This document shows, one piece after another, positions 20,717 to 30,058 of a stretch of DNA of 64,000 nucleotides; position 1 is the stretch's first letter; each line of letters begins with the position of its first letter. The DNA is taken from positions 32,001-96,000 of the forward strand of contig JAVBWN010000012.1 of assembly GCA_036677365.1 (NCBI GenBank). The letters run 5' to 3'. The notes beneath the pieces were generated by a model that was not told where the DNA came from, did not search any database, and worked only from the letters and a program-made list of their open reading frames with translations. The DNA comes from Acholeplasma sp. Lineage in GTDB: Bacteria > Bacillota_I > Bacilli_A > Acholeplasmatales > UBA5453. Both the position numbers and the translations under genes were made by a program.

Positions 20717-22783
20717 TTAATTGACAATGATGTCATATTTATTGAGTGTGGTTATGGTTGCGTTACCACCCGTAGCGTAAAAAGCAATCCCAATGTCATC
20801 GCTGTTTGGAAATACCACCGATGTCATGGTTTTTAAACCATCCTGAATGAAAATTTCAACTGAAGATACATCCAAGAAAATACGTAGTTTTAGTGTGTTA
20901 TTCTTTAAATCGATTTGAGTGGTTCGCGTGGAGGTGTTGAGTTCTTGACCGCGAATGGGTCTACCTGATTGACTGCGGTCAAACACCAACGTCTGACTGG
21001 CTTTATCATAGGTTATGAGCGTTCGATTTTCAGTGCCCTTGAACAACTCAATGCCCACGGAATTGGCCGTACCCATATCGATTTCAACTTCAAGTTCCAA
21101 TGTCTTACCGGAAACACCTGCGATTTGTAAAGGTACATCATTGACTAAAGCGACATTTTCAAGTTGGATTGGATTTTGTCGATAGTTTTCGATTTCACGC
21201 ACCGGTACTTGATAGAGTGAACCATCTTTAAATGATAACTCTCTTGGTAATGTGAACGCCCCTGCCCAACCATCGACTGCCGTAGGCATGGTGCGGTCCC
21301 ACATTTGCATCCAAGCGATCATAATCGTTCTGCCATCTGGGTGTTTGGCTGTTTGTGCTGCGTAGAAGTCAAATCCCCCATCGAGTTCATAAAAGCCTTC
21401 ATGATGGAATCTACCTGTACTGTAATCGAGGTTACCTTCCATGTAAACGACGGAATGTAGGTTCTCATAGTCATGGTTCTCTTTAGGTAATCTCATCGGA
21501 GATGAAATGAGGATTTGTTTTCCATCTACGATGAAGAAATCTGGACATTCATAGATGCCACCGGTTAAACGGTGGTAACCCGGTTGGTTGGGGTCATTGT
21601 TATTGAGCAATTCACCCACATATTCGAAGTAAACCAAGTCCATACTTTTATACAATAACAATTGACCCACACCATTGGTTTTTCCCCCAATGATGACATA
21701 ATACGTATCGTTGTGTTTGAATACTTTAGGGTCTCTGAAGTCGGAACTGTTCGCGTTACTTGGTAAATCCAATACACCGATGACAGGGTTGTTTCGATCT
21801 TTTTGGAAAGTGATCCCCCCATCTTCTGAATAAGCGATGGCCTGTTGTTGTAAACCATTGGAAACCGATGTATACATCAAATAGAGTTTGCCATCTTTTT
21901 CAATGGCTGACCCAGAAAATGCACCTAAATCTTTATCATAGGTTTTGTCTGGGGCGAGCGCCACTGGTAGGTGTTCCCATCGGATGAAATCGGTCGTTAC
22001 TTGGTGACCCCAATGCATGGGTCCCCAGTTCGATGCGTAGGGGTTATGTTGATAAAATAGATGAAATTGGCCATTGTACCAAATGACACCATTGGGATCG
22101 TTGGCCCAATTGTAACGACTCATGGCGTGGTAAGTTAATCGGTACCTTGGATTGATTTTTGATTCATTATCCGCTATGTATTTGTTCGCTTTAATGACAG
22201 CGGGGCTTTCATCGTATGGGCCTTGGAAGTTCACGATAAAGTCATCGACATTGATGTAGTTATACCCATCATTAAAGGTATCCAAATCCACCACTTTAAC
22301 GCGGATTTTTTCATCTAGATAATCACTTAAATCGACACTCATACGAAACATTTGGTCGGTATCGTTAAAGTTTTCATTACCAACACGAATGAGTTCTTCC
22401 CCGTGTTCGTTTATAAAGCTCACATACGTTAATGTGGGGTCTTCACCGGCCCCGACGAGAAAACCGATGATCCCATTGCCTTTAAGCACAAAAGATTCAG
22501 AAATCATTTGACCTGTGAGTTGTCCTAAACCACCTTTACCCCCATGGTAAAAGTAGATGCCTTGTTGACGGTATTCAAGTTGATTGGCATCTCTTTTTTG
22601 AAATGAGATGAAGGATGGATTGAACGCTTCGCCTGTGGTGGTCCAACCCTCGAGATTCCCGGATTCAAAATCGCCATTGGTGAAACTGTATGGCGTTTGG
22701 ACATCGAGGTTATCTTTAGATTTTGTACAAGCAGATAGCGTGAATAATACGCTTAGGACAAATAACAAATACATTTTTTTCAT
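20717..22783 (-). CDS. GH32 exo-fructanase lipoprotein with N-terminal beta-sandwich module
   Basis: Lipobox LSAC; NGDFESG...INVDDF accessory module; WANDPNG, FSGS, RDP, ECPD. Confidence 0.88.
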   Translation of the reverse strand: MKKMYLLFVLSVLFTLSACTKSKDNLDVQTPYSFTNGDFESGNLEGWTTTGEAFNPSFISFQKRDANQLEYRQQGIYFYHGGKGGLGQLTGQMISESFVLKGNGIIGFLVGAGEDPTLTYVSFINEHGEELIRVGNENFNDTDQMFRMSVDLSDYLDEKIRVKVVDLDTFNDGYNYINVDDFIVNFQGPYDESPAVIKANKYIADNESKINPRYRLTYHAMSRYNWANDPNGVIWYNGQFHLFYQHNPYASNWGPMHWGHQVTTDFIRWEHLPVALAPDKTYDKDLGAFSGSAIEKDGKLYLMYTSVSNGLQQQAIAYSEDGGITFQKDRNNPVIGVLDLPSNANSSDFRDPKVFKHNDTYYVIIGGKTNGVGQLLLYKSMDLVYFEYVGELLNNNDPNQPGYHRLTGGIYECPDFFIVDGKQILISSPMRLPKENHDYENLHSVVYMEGNLDYSTGRFHHEGFYELDGGFDFYAAQTAKHPDGRTIMIAWMQMWDRTMPTAVDGWAGAFTLPRELSFKDGSLYQVPVREIENYRQNPIQLENVALVNDVPLQIAGVSGKTLELEVEIDMGTANSVGIELFKGTENRTLITYDKASQTLVFDRSQSGRPIRGQELNTSTRTTQIDLKNNTLKLRIFLDVSSVEIFIQDGLKTMTSVVFPNSDDIGIAFYATGGNATITTLNKYDIIVN

Positions 22784-22803
22784 AAATGATGACTCCTTGT
22801 GTA

Positions 22804-22847
22804 GTCATGAAGGGAAGCCAAATAGTGGACTTGACTTCCCTTATGAC
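22804..22847. other. Intra-operon stem-loop
   Basis: GTCAT(G)AAGGGAAGCCAA / TTGACTTCCCTTATGAC imperfect stem between the CBM and GH32 genes. Confidence 0.65.
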
Positions 22848-22854
22848 AAATGGG

Positions 22855-24582
22855 TTAGGCTAATTCAATGATGGTAATTGAATCGATATAAATGATGGCT
22901 TCGCCTGTATTGAATGATCCAAATTGGAACAATAATTCGATGTTTTCACTGAAGGATTGTAGGTTTGGTGTTTCGTAACTGAATGTTTGAGGGGTTGTTG
23001 TCAATTCAAACATCGTGGTGACTTTTGGATTCCATTGACCCATTGGGTTCACTGCGAAGAATCCACTGATTGTCTTCGATGCGTGTGCAACAAATTCAAT
23101 TCTATATTTTGAACCGTCGTTGAATACGACATTTTCTAGATAAACTTTGTTGTACCAGTCGGTATCACCAAATACGGATACATCATAAACCAATTTACCC
23201 GATTCAACATCGACATATAGGTTGGCTGCTGCAGGTGCATTTTCGAAGCTTGCGAAACCTTCAGGTAGACCAGAGAAGCGTGTGACTGTTTCTGAAAAAC
23301 CGTCGTATTGGGTTAAAACAACATTGGAAATGGTAATGACAACAGCAGTCGCTTGTCCACCAAATTGGAAGAACATATCAAAATCATTGATATCTACTGC
23401 GTTGGTTGTGAATGTATGATTGACCACTCTGGTTTCATCTTTGCCTAAGTTTGGTCCGGACCAAATATAGTTTTCATCACGACCACCCGATTGTTGTGAA
23501 CGGGTTCTTGCGATGTATTCATAACGAATCGCTTCGGTAGCGTGAATGGTATAGGTAAGCTTATATACTTTGTTCGCTTGAAGTTGTAGTGGTTCATGGT
23601 ATAGTTTTTGTTCCCAAATACCAGCCACAGGGTCAGTGATATCAATCACAACTTTGCCATCGACAGCACTTGCGGAAGATGTGCCTTTATCATTGACATA
23701 AACCCAACCATCGCCACCAGCGGTGATGTCCGTAAAGCCAATCGATGTGCTTTGTGGATTGCTGTTAGCAACCACGGTTAAACGGCTGATGTGAACAGAA
23801 TAATCGGCTGCGCCTTGACCACCGACATTGAACATCAATTCAGCGGCTTCGTTGGTAACATCCACAGCGAATGTGTGAGAATAAGTACGGTATTCAGTAC
23901 CGACTTCTTGTCCCCACATGCCCGCATATGGGTCCCATGAACCTGGGGTTTTACCATTGATGACAAATGCGACACCAGTAAGTGTTCTGGAGGCTTTAGC
24001 TTCTAAGCTGATGGTATATGTTGTACCCGCTTGAAGGTTTAATAATTTGAATATTTGGTTATCGCCATCCCCATTACCTGAGGTAATCGGGGTATAAACC
24101 AATGCGCCATTAGATACGCTTAAAGCATTGACTTCTTGACCAGCTTCCTTAGAAACAAATCCCTTTAAAGCAGAAGCAGCGATAGAATTGAATTCATATA
24201 CCACACGGCTCTTTTCTGTAACAACTAAGTTTTCTAATACATCCAAGAATAAAGTAGCGGTTGCTTTTAAAGTGGCGTCTTTAGGATCGGTTGCGGTGAG
24301 GGTAACCAAGTAAGAACCGGGTTCTTGTGGGGTAACCACACCATTAACGATGGTTGCTGTCGATGGGTCTGTGGTAACCACGATTTGATTGGTGATATCC
24401 ACATTACCATGAGCAATCGCTGTGACACCTTCTAAAACGTTGATCGATTCACCTTCGGTAATTTCTGCCGTAGGTGGTAAGCCAGTGATGACTGGTTTTG
24501 TTCTCTCTTCGGATGTGCCATTACATGCGATGAGGACCAGTGCAATCACCAATACAAGCATTGTACTGAGTAATTTCTTCAT
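22855..24582 (-). CDS. Carbohydrate-binding lipoprotein (Ig-like domain plus about three CBM4/9-like modules)
   Basis: Lipobox LIAC; three repeats of the pattern L..G..Y.I...A.A...Y...F...F.FG; no catalytic motif seen. Confidence 0.7.
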   Translation of the reverse strand: MKKLLSTMLVLVIALVLIACNGTSEERTKPVITGLPPTAEITEGESINVLEGVTAIAHGNVDITNQIVVTTDPSTATIVNGVVTPQEPGSYLVTLTATDPKDATLKATATLFLDVLENLVVTEKSRVVYEFNSIAASALKGFVSKEAGQEVNALSVSNGALVYTPITSGNGDGDNQIFKLLNLQAGTTYTISLEAKASRTLTGVAFVINGKTPGSWDPYAGMWGQEVGTEYRTYSHTFAVDVTNEAAELMFNVGGQGAADYSVHISRLTVVANSNPQSTSIGFTDITAGGDGWVYVNDKGTSSASAVDGKVVIDITDPVAGIWEQKLYHEPLQLQANKVYKLTYTIHATEAIRYEYIARTRSQQSGGRDENYIWSGPNLGKDETRVVNHTFTTNAVDINDFDMFFQFGGQATAVVITISNVVLTQYDGFSETVTRFSGLPEGFASFENAPAAANLYVDVESGKLVYDVSVFGDTDWYNKVYLENVVFNDGSKYRIEFVAHASKTISGFFAVNPMGQWNPKVTTMFELTTTPQTFSYETPNLQSFSENIELLFQFGSFNTGEAIIYIDSITIIELA

Positions 24583-25151
24583 ATTTTTTCTCCTTTTTCT
24601 CTCTTATCTTTTTCAATCTGTAGAGCCTTACTTGAAATGAAACTGATCGATTGAAGCCACGGTACCACGAGAATTAGTGCCCATATGGCGTAAATCGATA
24701 GGTAAACCATGAGGATGCTCAACAACAACATCAAAGCCGTTGACTTGTATTGTACGAGCATCAAGTATAGGGTGTTTCGAATGAGTTCTTTGAATGTGAC
24801 ACGCATTTTTATCAAGATCATCGGTGGATACATCACCAAACTGAGGATGGATAAACCTAGGATGACTAAGACAAATCGGTTGAACCAAAATAGAATGCCA
24901 GTCTCACGAATTTGAAGTAACAACAAAATCATCAAACCGAAAAACAAAACCATCACGGATAAGAGAACGATGTGTTTGAGATTCTCTTTAATCACTTTAA
25001 CCATCGATTTGAATTGTTCATTCTCATAAAAAGCAATCACAGAAACGACCATAGCGTAGAGCGGTATCACCAAGATACCTGCGATAAATAATAGTAAGCT
25101 TAGAAACAAGTAATCGAACAAATAGTTCCCAATCTTAATGTAGAGTTTCAA
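24579..25151 (-). CDS. YesL/DUF624-like membrane protein
   Basis: Multi-TM protein between the SBP and CBM genes of a sugar ABC operon; TTG start. Confidence 0.6.
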   Translation of the reverse strand: MKLYIKIGNYLFDYLFLSLLLFIAGILVIPLYAMVVSVIAFYENEQFKSMVKVIKENLKHIVLLSVMVLFFGLMILLLLQIRETGILFWFNRFVLVILGLSILSLVMYPPMILIKMRVTFKELIRNTLYLMLVQYKSTALMLLLSILMVYLSIYAIWALILVVPWLQSISFISSKALQIEKDKREKGEKI

Positions 25152-25153
25152 GG

Positions 25154-26875
25154 TTATTCGTACCTGTCATATGCACTTTGATAAGCACGGATCATGTCAT
25201 TTAATTTCATTTGGTTTAACTTACTAACGTAAGCATTCCATTCACTATCGGTCACACCACCATTGAGTAACCAACCGGTTGTAGACTGATATACATAAGA
25301 ATAAATGTCAGTACCATACCGATTGATGGTGTTCATTTCCGATAAATTAAAACTCACATTTGGGTATTGCCTTACACCTTCCATGATGTAGGGTTTGATA
25401 TAAACATCGAGTAAAGCCAAACGTAATCTGGCACGGTATTCCATCACCAACGTATTTTCCCATTGTTCGTAGGATAAGTAGATGACACCCATCGGTGCGT
25501 TTTTAAGTCTGAGTTCATCGGCAGTCATGCCATCCGGGATTGGTTTTTGAATGAGTAAGCCATCTGGGTTTAATTCTTCTTCATAAGCAATACCAATTGG
25601 GCCATAATTGATTTGAGCTGAGATGACAGGGTCGTAGAATCGGTCAATCCAAGTCAGAAGGATTTCAGGGTTTTGTGCTTTAGAGAATACAACGAAGTTA
25701 CCCTTAGAGATTTCTTGGTTATTTGAAACCCCAATATTTTGTTTACCATCCGGTCCAATGAGCGGTGGTAAAGCGACATATTGAGATTGCCATTCAGGTT
25801 TGATGACAGTTTCCTTTTCCCACCAGTAGAAGGAACCTAAACGTGGGTTGGAGCCTTTACCTTTGGCTAACAAATCAAATTCGCCTTGGGTTAATACATC
25901 TTTTTCGATTAAGCCTTCTTCAATCCAACCTGCAAAGAAGTTGGTTGCTTGTTTGTATTTATCGAGTGCTGCAGTGAAAGTGACTTGGTCATTGACGACG
26001 GTTAAATGGTCAATATTTTCAGGTACCCCAAAAGCACCATATAAATCGGATTGGTTCCCTTGCCAGCCACCAAATCTGAAGGTGAGTGGGATGAGGTTTG
26101 CAGACGTGAGTAAGGAAGCGTTATTCTTCATAGCACGTAGGATTGCTTCATATTGTGCGAGTGTGAATCCATTGACCACTTGATCATTGACGGTAATGAC
26201 CAATGGTTTTAATTGGATATTTGATTCAGTTGAAGTATCTTCTAAGTTTCCACCTTCAATGGAAACACGTAAAGCTTGTCCATTGAGTGAAATGAGGTTT
26301 TGACTGGAGAGTAGATTCACCCAATCTTTATTGATGAATAGAATGTTAGGGTGTTGTAATAGACCCATTTCTTCCACACGTGGTAAGGCATAGATATGAC
26401 CATCTGGGGCTGTGATGACTTTTTGTATGTCTGGTCTTTCTTCTAAGATCTTTTTGAAGTTAGGCATATTATCGAGATATTGATCTAACGCGATGATCGT
26501 ACCTGCAGCCGAATATTGAATGATATCTCTGTCTGAGAAGCCTGCATGATACATCGCATCGGGTAGATTTCTCGTATCTTGAATGATCATTTGTTTGGTG
26601 GTCGAAAAGGTCTCTTCTGACAAGTTGTTCCACTTGATTTTTACATTCGTATCTTCAAACATCTTTTTGAAGATATCCATATCGTTATAATTGATTGCTA
26701 GAGCATTCTTAGGCGATATGATGGTATACTCAACCACTTCTTGAACAATCGGTAAACCATTGGGATTATACCCGAGTTCATCTAATGTTTTTGTTGGACC
26801 ACTTGGCTTTTGTCCACACGCGACCAAGGCGAGTGAGACCAAAGCGATGGTTAATAATCCAAACCATTTTTTCAT
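25154..26875 (-). CDS. Carbohydrate ABC transporter solute-binding lipoprotein
   Basis: Lipobox LVAC; TNVKIKW, LPD, MPNFKK, DGHIYALP, C-terminal YQSAYDRY. Confidence 0.9.
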   Translation of the reverse strand: MKKWFGLLTIALVSLALVACGQKPSGPTKTLDELGYNPNGLPIVQEVVEYTIISPKNALAINYNDMDIFKKMFEDTNVKIKWNNLSEETFSTTKQMIIQDTRNLPDAMYHAGFSDRDIIQYSAAGTIIALDQYLDNMPNFKKILEERPDIQKVITAPDGHIYALPRVEEMGLLQHPNILFINKDWVNLLSSQNLISLNGQALRVSIEGGNLEDTSTESNIQLKPLVITVNDQVVNGFTLAQYEAILRAMKNNASLLTSANLIPLTFRFGGWQGNQSDLYGAFGVPENIDHLTVVNDQVTFTAALDKYKQATNFFAGWIEEGLIEKDVLTQGEFDLLAKGKGSNPRLGSFYWWEKETVIKPEWQSQYVALPPLIGPDGKQNIGVSNNQEISKGNFVVFSKAQNPEILLTWIDRFYDPVISAQINYGPIGIAYEEELNPDGLLIQKPIPDGMTADELRLKNAPMGVIYLSYEQWENTLVMEYRARLRLALLDVYIKPYIMEGVRQYPNVSFNLSEMNTINRYGTDIYSYVYQSTTGWLLNGGVTDSEWNAYVSKLNQMKLNDMIRAYQSAYDRYE

Positions 26876-26890
26876 GTAATGTATTTCCTC

Positions 26891-27793
26891 CTATTTAAAG
26901 CTTCCAACTAGGAAACCTTCTTTGAAAAATCGTTGTACTAATGGGTAAATCAAGATGATTGGTAAGCTTGAAACAATGATGACACCATATTTGATTTGGT
27001 TGGCTAAACGTAAACGTTCATAGATGTCTTCGCCGGTAATACCGCCAGAGGCATTGTCGTTCACAATCAAGATATTTCTTAACACGATTTGAAGTGGGTA
27101 TAACTCTTCACTTCGAATGAATACCATCGCGTCAAAGTATGAGTTCCATCGACCCACCGCGTAGAATAGAATCATGACGGCGATGATGGGTTTAGATATC
27201 GGTAGAATCACAGACCAGAAGGTTCTAAATTGACTCGCCCCATCGACTTGTGCGGCTTCAATCAATTCGATTGATATGTTGGATTCATAATAAGCTTTGA
27301 CCATGAACATATTCCAAACGCTCAAACCTTGTGGGATGATCAATACCCAAAAGGAATCAATCATGCCTAAATTAGATATCAAGAAGTAGAATGGGATGAG
27401 TCCACCACCGAAGAACATCGTGATGATGAAGAACCACATGATGTACTTACGATATGGTAAGTTGGGTCTCGATAACGCATACCCTGCTGGGATGGTTAAG
27501 ATGATGTTTAAAGTGGTACCAACCAGCGTGTATAAGATGGTATTCTTATAACCAGTCCATATTTGAGGGTCAGCGAATATCTTCGCATACCCACTGAAAT
27601 CAATCGTATCTGGCCATAACCAGACTTCGCCATTGAGTACGGCATCGGGATTCGATACCGAAGCAATCACCATAAACCACAGTGGGTATAAGATGAGGAT
27701 GGCAAACAGCGTCATGAGTGCAATCACGCCATAGTGAAACAGTTGATCGCCTTTAGATTCCATCGAGTGTCGCTTTTTGATTTGTTTTACCAT
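26891..27793 (-). CDS. Carbohydrate ABC transporter permease
   Basis: ELIEAAQVDGASQF EAA motif, MFFGGGLIP, WNSYF. Confidence 0.93.
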   Translation of the reverse strand: MVKQIKKRHSMESKGDQLFHYGVIALMTLFAILILYPLWFMVIASVSNPDAVLNGEVWLWPDTIDFSGYAKIFADPQIWTGYKNTILYTLVGTTLNIILTIPAGYALSRPNLPYRKYIMWFFIITMFFGGGLIPFYFLISNLGMIDSFWVLIIPQGLSVWNMFMVKAYYESNISIELIEAAQVDGASQFRTFWSVILPISKPIIAVMILFYAVGRWNSYFDAMVFIRSEELYPLQIVLRNILIVNDNASGGITGEDIYERLRLANQIKYGVIIVSSLPIILIYPLVQRFFKEGFLVGSFK

Positions 27794-28728
27794 AAGCTAT
27801 TCTCCGAGAAGCGTTTTGCGCTATAGTTTGCGATGATGAGCAAGACAACATTGATTAATGCGTTGAATAATCCAATGGCTGCTGCATATCCTGGTTCACT
27901 GAATCCAGTTAAACCGATTTTATACACATACGTAGAGATGATTTCTGAGGTTTGTAAGTTTGTCCCCGTCTGCATCAACAAGACTTTTTCATAACCCACG
28001 GATAGTAAACTACCAATCGATAGGATGAGAATGATTGAAATGGTTGGGAATATGGCAGGGAAGTCAATGTGGATGATCCTTTTGAAACGACTCGCACCAT
28101 CGATCTTCGCGGCTTCATGTAGCTGTGGGTCTACCCCAGCCAGTGCAGCCAAATAGATGATCGATGACCATCCGGTTTCTTGCCAGTTCCCTGATCCGAT
28201 GAAGAGCGGTCTAAACCAGGAGGATTCCAAGAAGAAGGATATGCGCTCTCCACCGAAAGCAAGTACTAAGCTATTGATGATGCCATATTCACCAAAGAAT
28301 AGGAATAACATCCCAACGAGAACAACCACGGAGATGAAATGTGGTGCGTTGAATATGGTTTGAAATATGCCTTTGAGTTTGGTGCTTCGTAACGTATTTA
28401 ATAATAACGCGACGATGATGGGTAATGGAAAACCAATAATGAATCCTAAGAAGCTAACCAAGAAGGTATTGACCATTAGATTTTGAAATTGATAGCTTTC
28501 AAAGAATCGGAAGAAGTTATCCAAACCAATGTATGGCGACCCACCAATACCCAACGCTGGATTATATTCTTGGAAGGCAATCAATATGCCATACATCGGT
28601 ATATACGCAAAAATCGCTGTGAACACCACGGCACCTGATAGCATCGCTAATAGTTGCCAGTTCCGTTTCACACCGTATTGTGTATAACTCTTCGTTTGTT
28701 TTTTCTGCTTGTTTACTGAGTCTGTCAT
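27787..28728 (-). CDS. Carbohydrate ABC transporter permease (LplB-like)
   Basis: YIPMYG, PHFISVVV, LHEAAKIDGASRF; GGAGG precedes ATG 28728. Confidence 0.93.
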   Translation of the reverse strand: MTDSVNKQKKQTKSYTQYGVKRNWQLLAMLSGAVVFTAIFAYIPMYGILIAFQEYNPALGIGGSPYIGLDNFFRFFESYQFQNLMVNTFLVSFLGFIIGFPLPIIVALLLNTLRSTKLKGIFQTIFNAPHFISVVVLVGMLFLFFGEYGIINSLVLAFGGERISFFLESSWFRPLFIGSGNWQETGWSSIIYLAALAGVDPQLHEAAKIDGASRFKRIIHIDFPAIFPTISIILILSIGSLLSVGYEKVLLMQTGTNLQTSEIISTYVYKIGLTGFSEPGYAAAIGLFNALINVVLLIIANYSAKRFSENSLW

Positions 28729-28796
28729 GGTCATCCTCCGTTTTCACTCTCATTTTATAAGCAACCCTATTTGATGTCAACATTTAAACAAAAATT

Positions 28797-28835
28797 GTGC
28801 AAACGTAAATGTAACCGCTTTACAAATGTGCATTT
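28797..28835. promoter_or_regulatory. LacI-type operator-like palindromes in the divergent promoter
   Basis: TGTAACCGCTTTACA (28810-28824) with central CG, plus adjacent TGCAAACGTAAA and AAATGTGCATTT. Confidence 0.55.
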
Positions 28836-28863
28836 GCGTATTATAATATCGTTGGTGATACAA

Positions 28864-29889
28864 ATGAACGATAAAGCTTCTATACAACAAATTGCAGATG
28901 CACTGGGTTTATCCCGAAATACGGTCTCTAAGGTAATCAACAATAAACCCGTTCCTGATAATACCAGAGAACGGGTCATTAACAAAGCCATAGAACTAGG
29001 GTATAAAGGATTCAATCAAGTCAAACATGTCGAAGTTAGAAAACTTAAGCTATTGTTACTCGCAGGTAAACCACTGAGTAACCTGGATTTCTTTATTTCC
29101 TTGGTCAGAGGGGTTGAAAACCTCGTGACCAATTTAAACATCGACTTTTTTCAGTATACCATTAATTCGAATACATCCTTTGAACAATTGCACAACTACA
29201 TGACCAATTTGAATATTGATGGCGTCATCGGGATTGAATTGTATGACGATGATTTCTTGAAGAAAATCTTGAGTTTGAAAATCCCAGTCACATTCATCGA
29301 CGCGGCTTATGGCTTAAAAGACTATGAAGGTAATTTTGATGCGATACTCATGGAAAGTAGAGACCCCATCTATAAAATATCCAAAGCATTCATTCAAAGT
29401 GGTATAAATCGAATCATTTATTGTGGAGACCACAAACACTGTCAAGGTTTCTATGAACGTTTTCTAGGTTTAAGAGACGCCATCGCTGATATCCCCCATC
29501 GCATGGATTTGAGTCAACAACTTATACTACCGGATGATTCACCGTTTGGTGATTCATCGTGGTTAGCCAAGAAAATCAATGCGTTACAAATGGTGCCACA
29601 AGCGATTGTTTGTGCGAATGATTTTATTGCTATCAATGTGTGTCAAGCCATTAAAAAGATTGGTTTACGCATTCCAGAAGACATTCAAGTGGTTGGTTTT
29701 GATAACGTAGTTGATTCGAACTTCTACATTCCTTCGATAACCACAGTCAATGTAGATAAAGAGTTATTGGGACAAGAAGCACTGTATATGCTTTTAGATC
29801 GAATCAATCGTCCGAAAACACCGACGAGGATGATCTACTTTAAAACTCAACTCATCGTACGTAACTCAACACGCGTACGCATACATTAG
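28864..29889 (+). CDS. LacI-family transcriptional regulator
   Basis: SIQQIADALGLSRNTVSKVIN HTH; CANDFIA, IPEDIQVVGFD, ITTV. Confidence 0.93.
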   Translation: MNDKASIQQIADALGLSRNTVSKVINNKPVPDNTRERVINKAIELGYKGFNQVKHVEVRKLKLLLLAGKPLSNLDFFISLVRGVENLVTNLNIDFFQYTINSNTSFEQLHNYMTNLNIDGVIGIELYDDDFLKKILSLKIPVTFIDAAYGLKDYEGNFDAILMESRDPIYKISKAFIQSGINRIIYCGDHKHCQGFYERFLGLRDAIADIPHRMDLSQQLILPDDSPFGDSSWLAKKINALQMVPQAIVCANDFIAINVCQAIKKIGLRIPEDIQVVGFDNVVDSNFYIPSITTVNVDKELLGQEALYMLLDRINRPKTPTRMIYFKTQLIVRNSTRVRIH

Positions 29890-29896
29890 TATAAAT

Positions 29897-29927
29897 AAAG
29901 GTCAACTAGAAAACAGTTGATCTTTTT
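29897..29927 (+). terminator. Intrinsic terminator
   Basis: AAAGGTCAACT / AGTTGATCTTT stem ending in a T-run. Confidence 0.75.
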
Positions 29928-30058
29928 AAACAAATTTATAAAAGAAGACAAAATTTGTTAAAATATAGATAATACGTACGGTTCATTAATTTAAACAAAT
30001 AAGACTATATGCCATCCATTGATTTTCAAACGTTTATCTGAAAGGGTAGGATCCATGA

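Noticed and set aside
28771..28863. Long N-terminal extensions from the ORF track (also 4606, 9664, 20736, 32851, 44047, 47393, 51533)
   Set aside because: Downstream ATGs have better RBS spacing or match the domain start.
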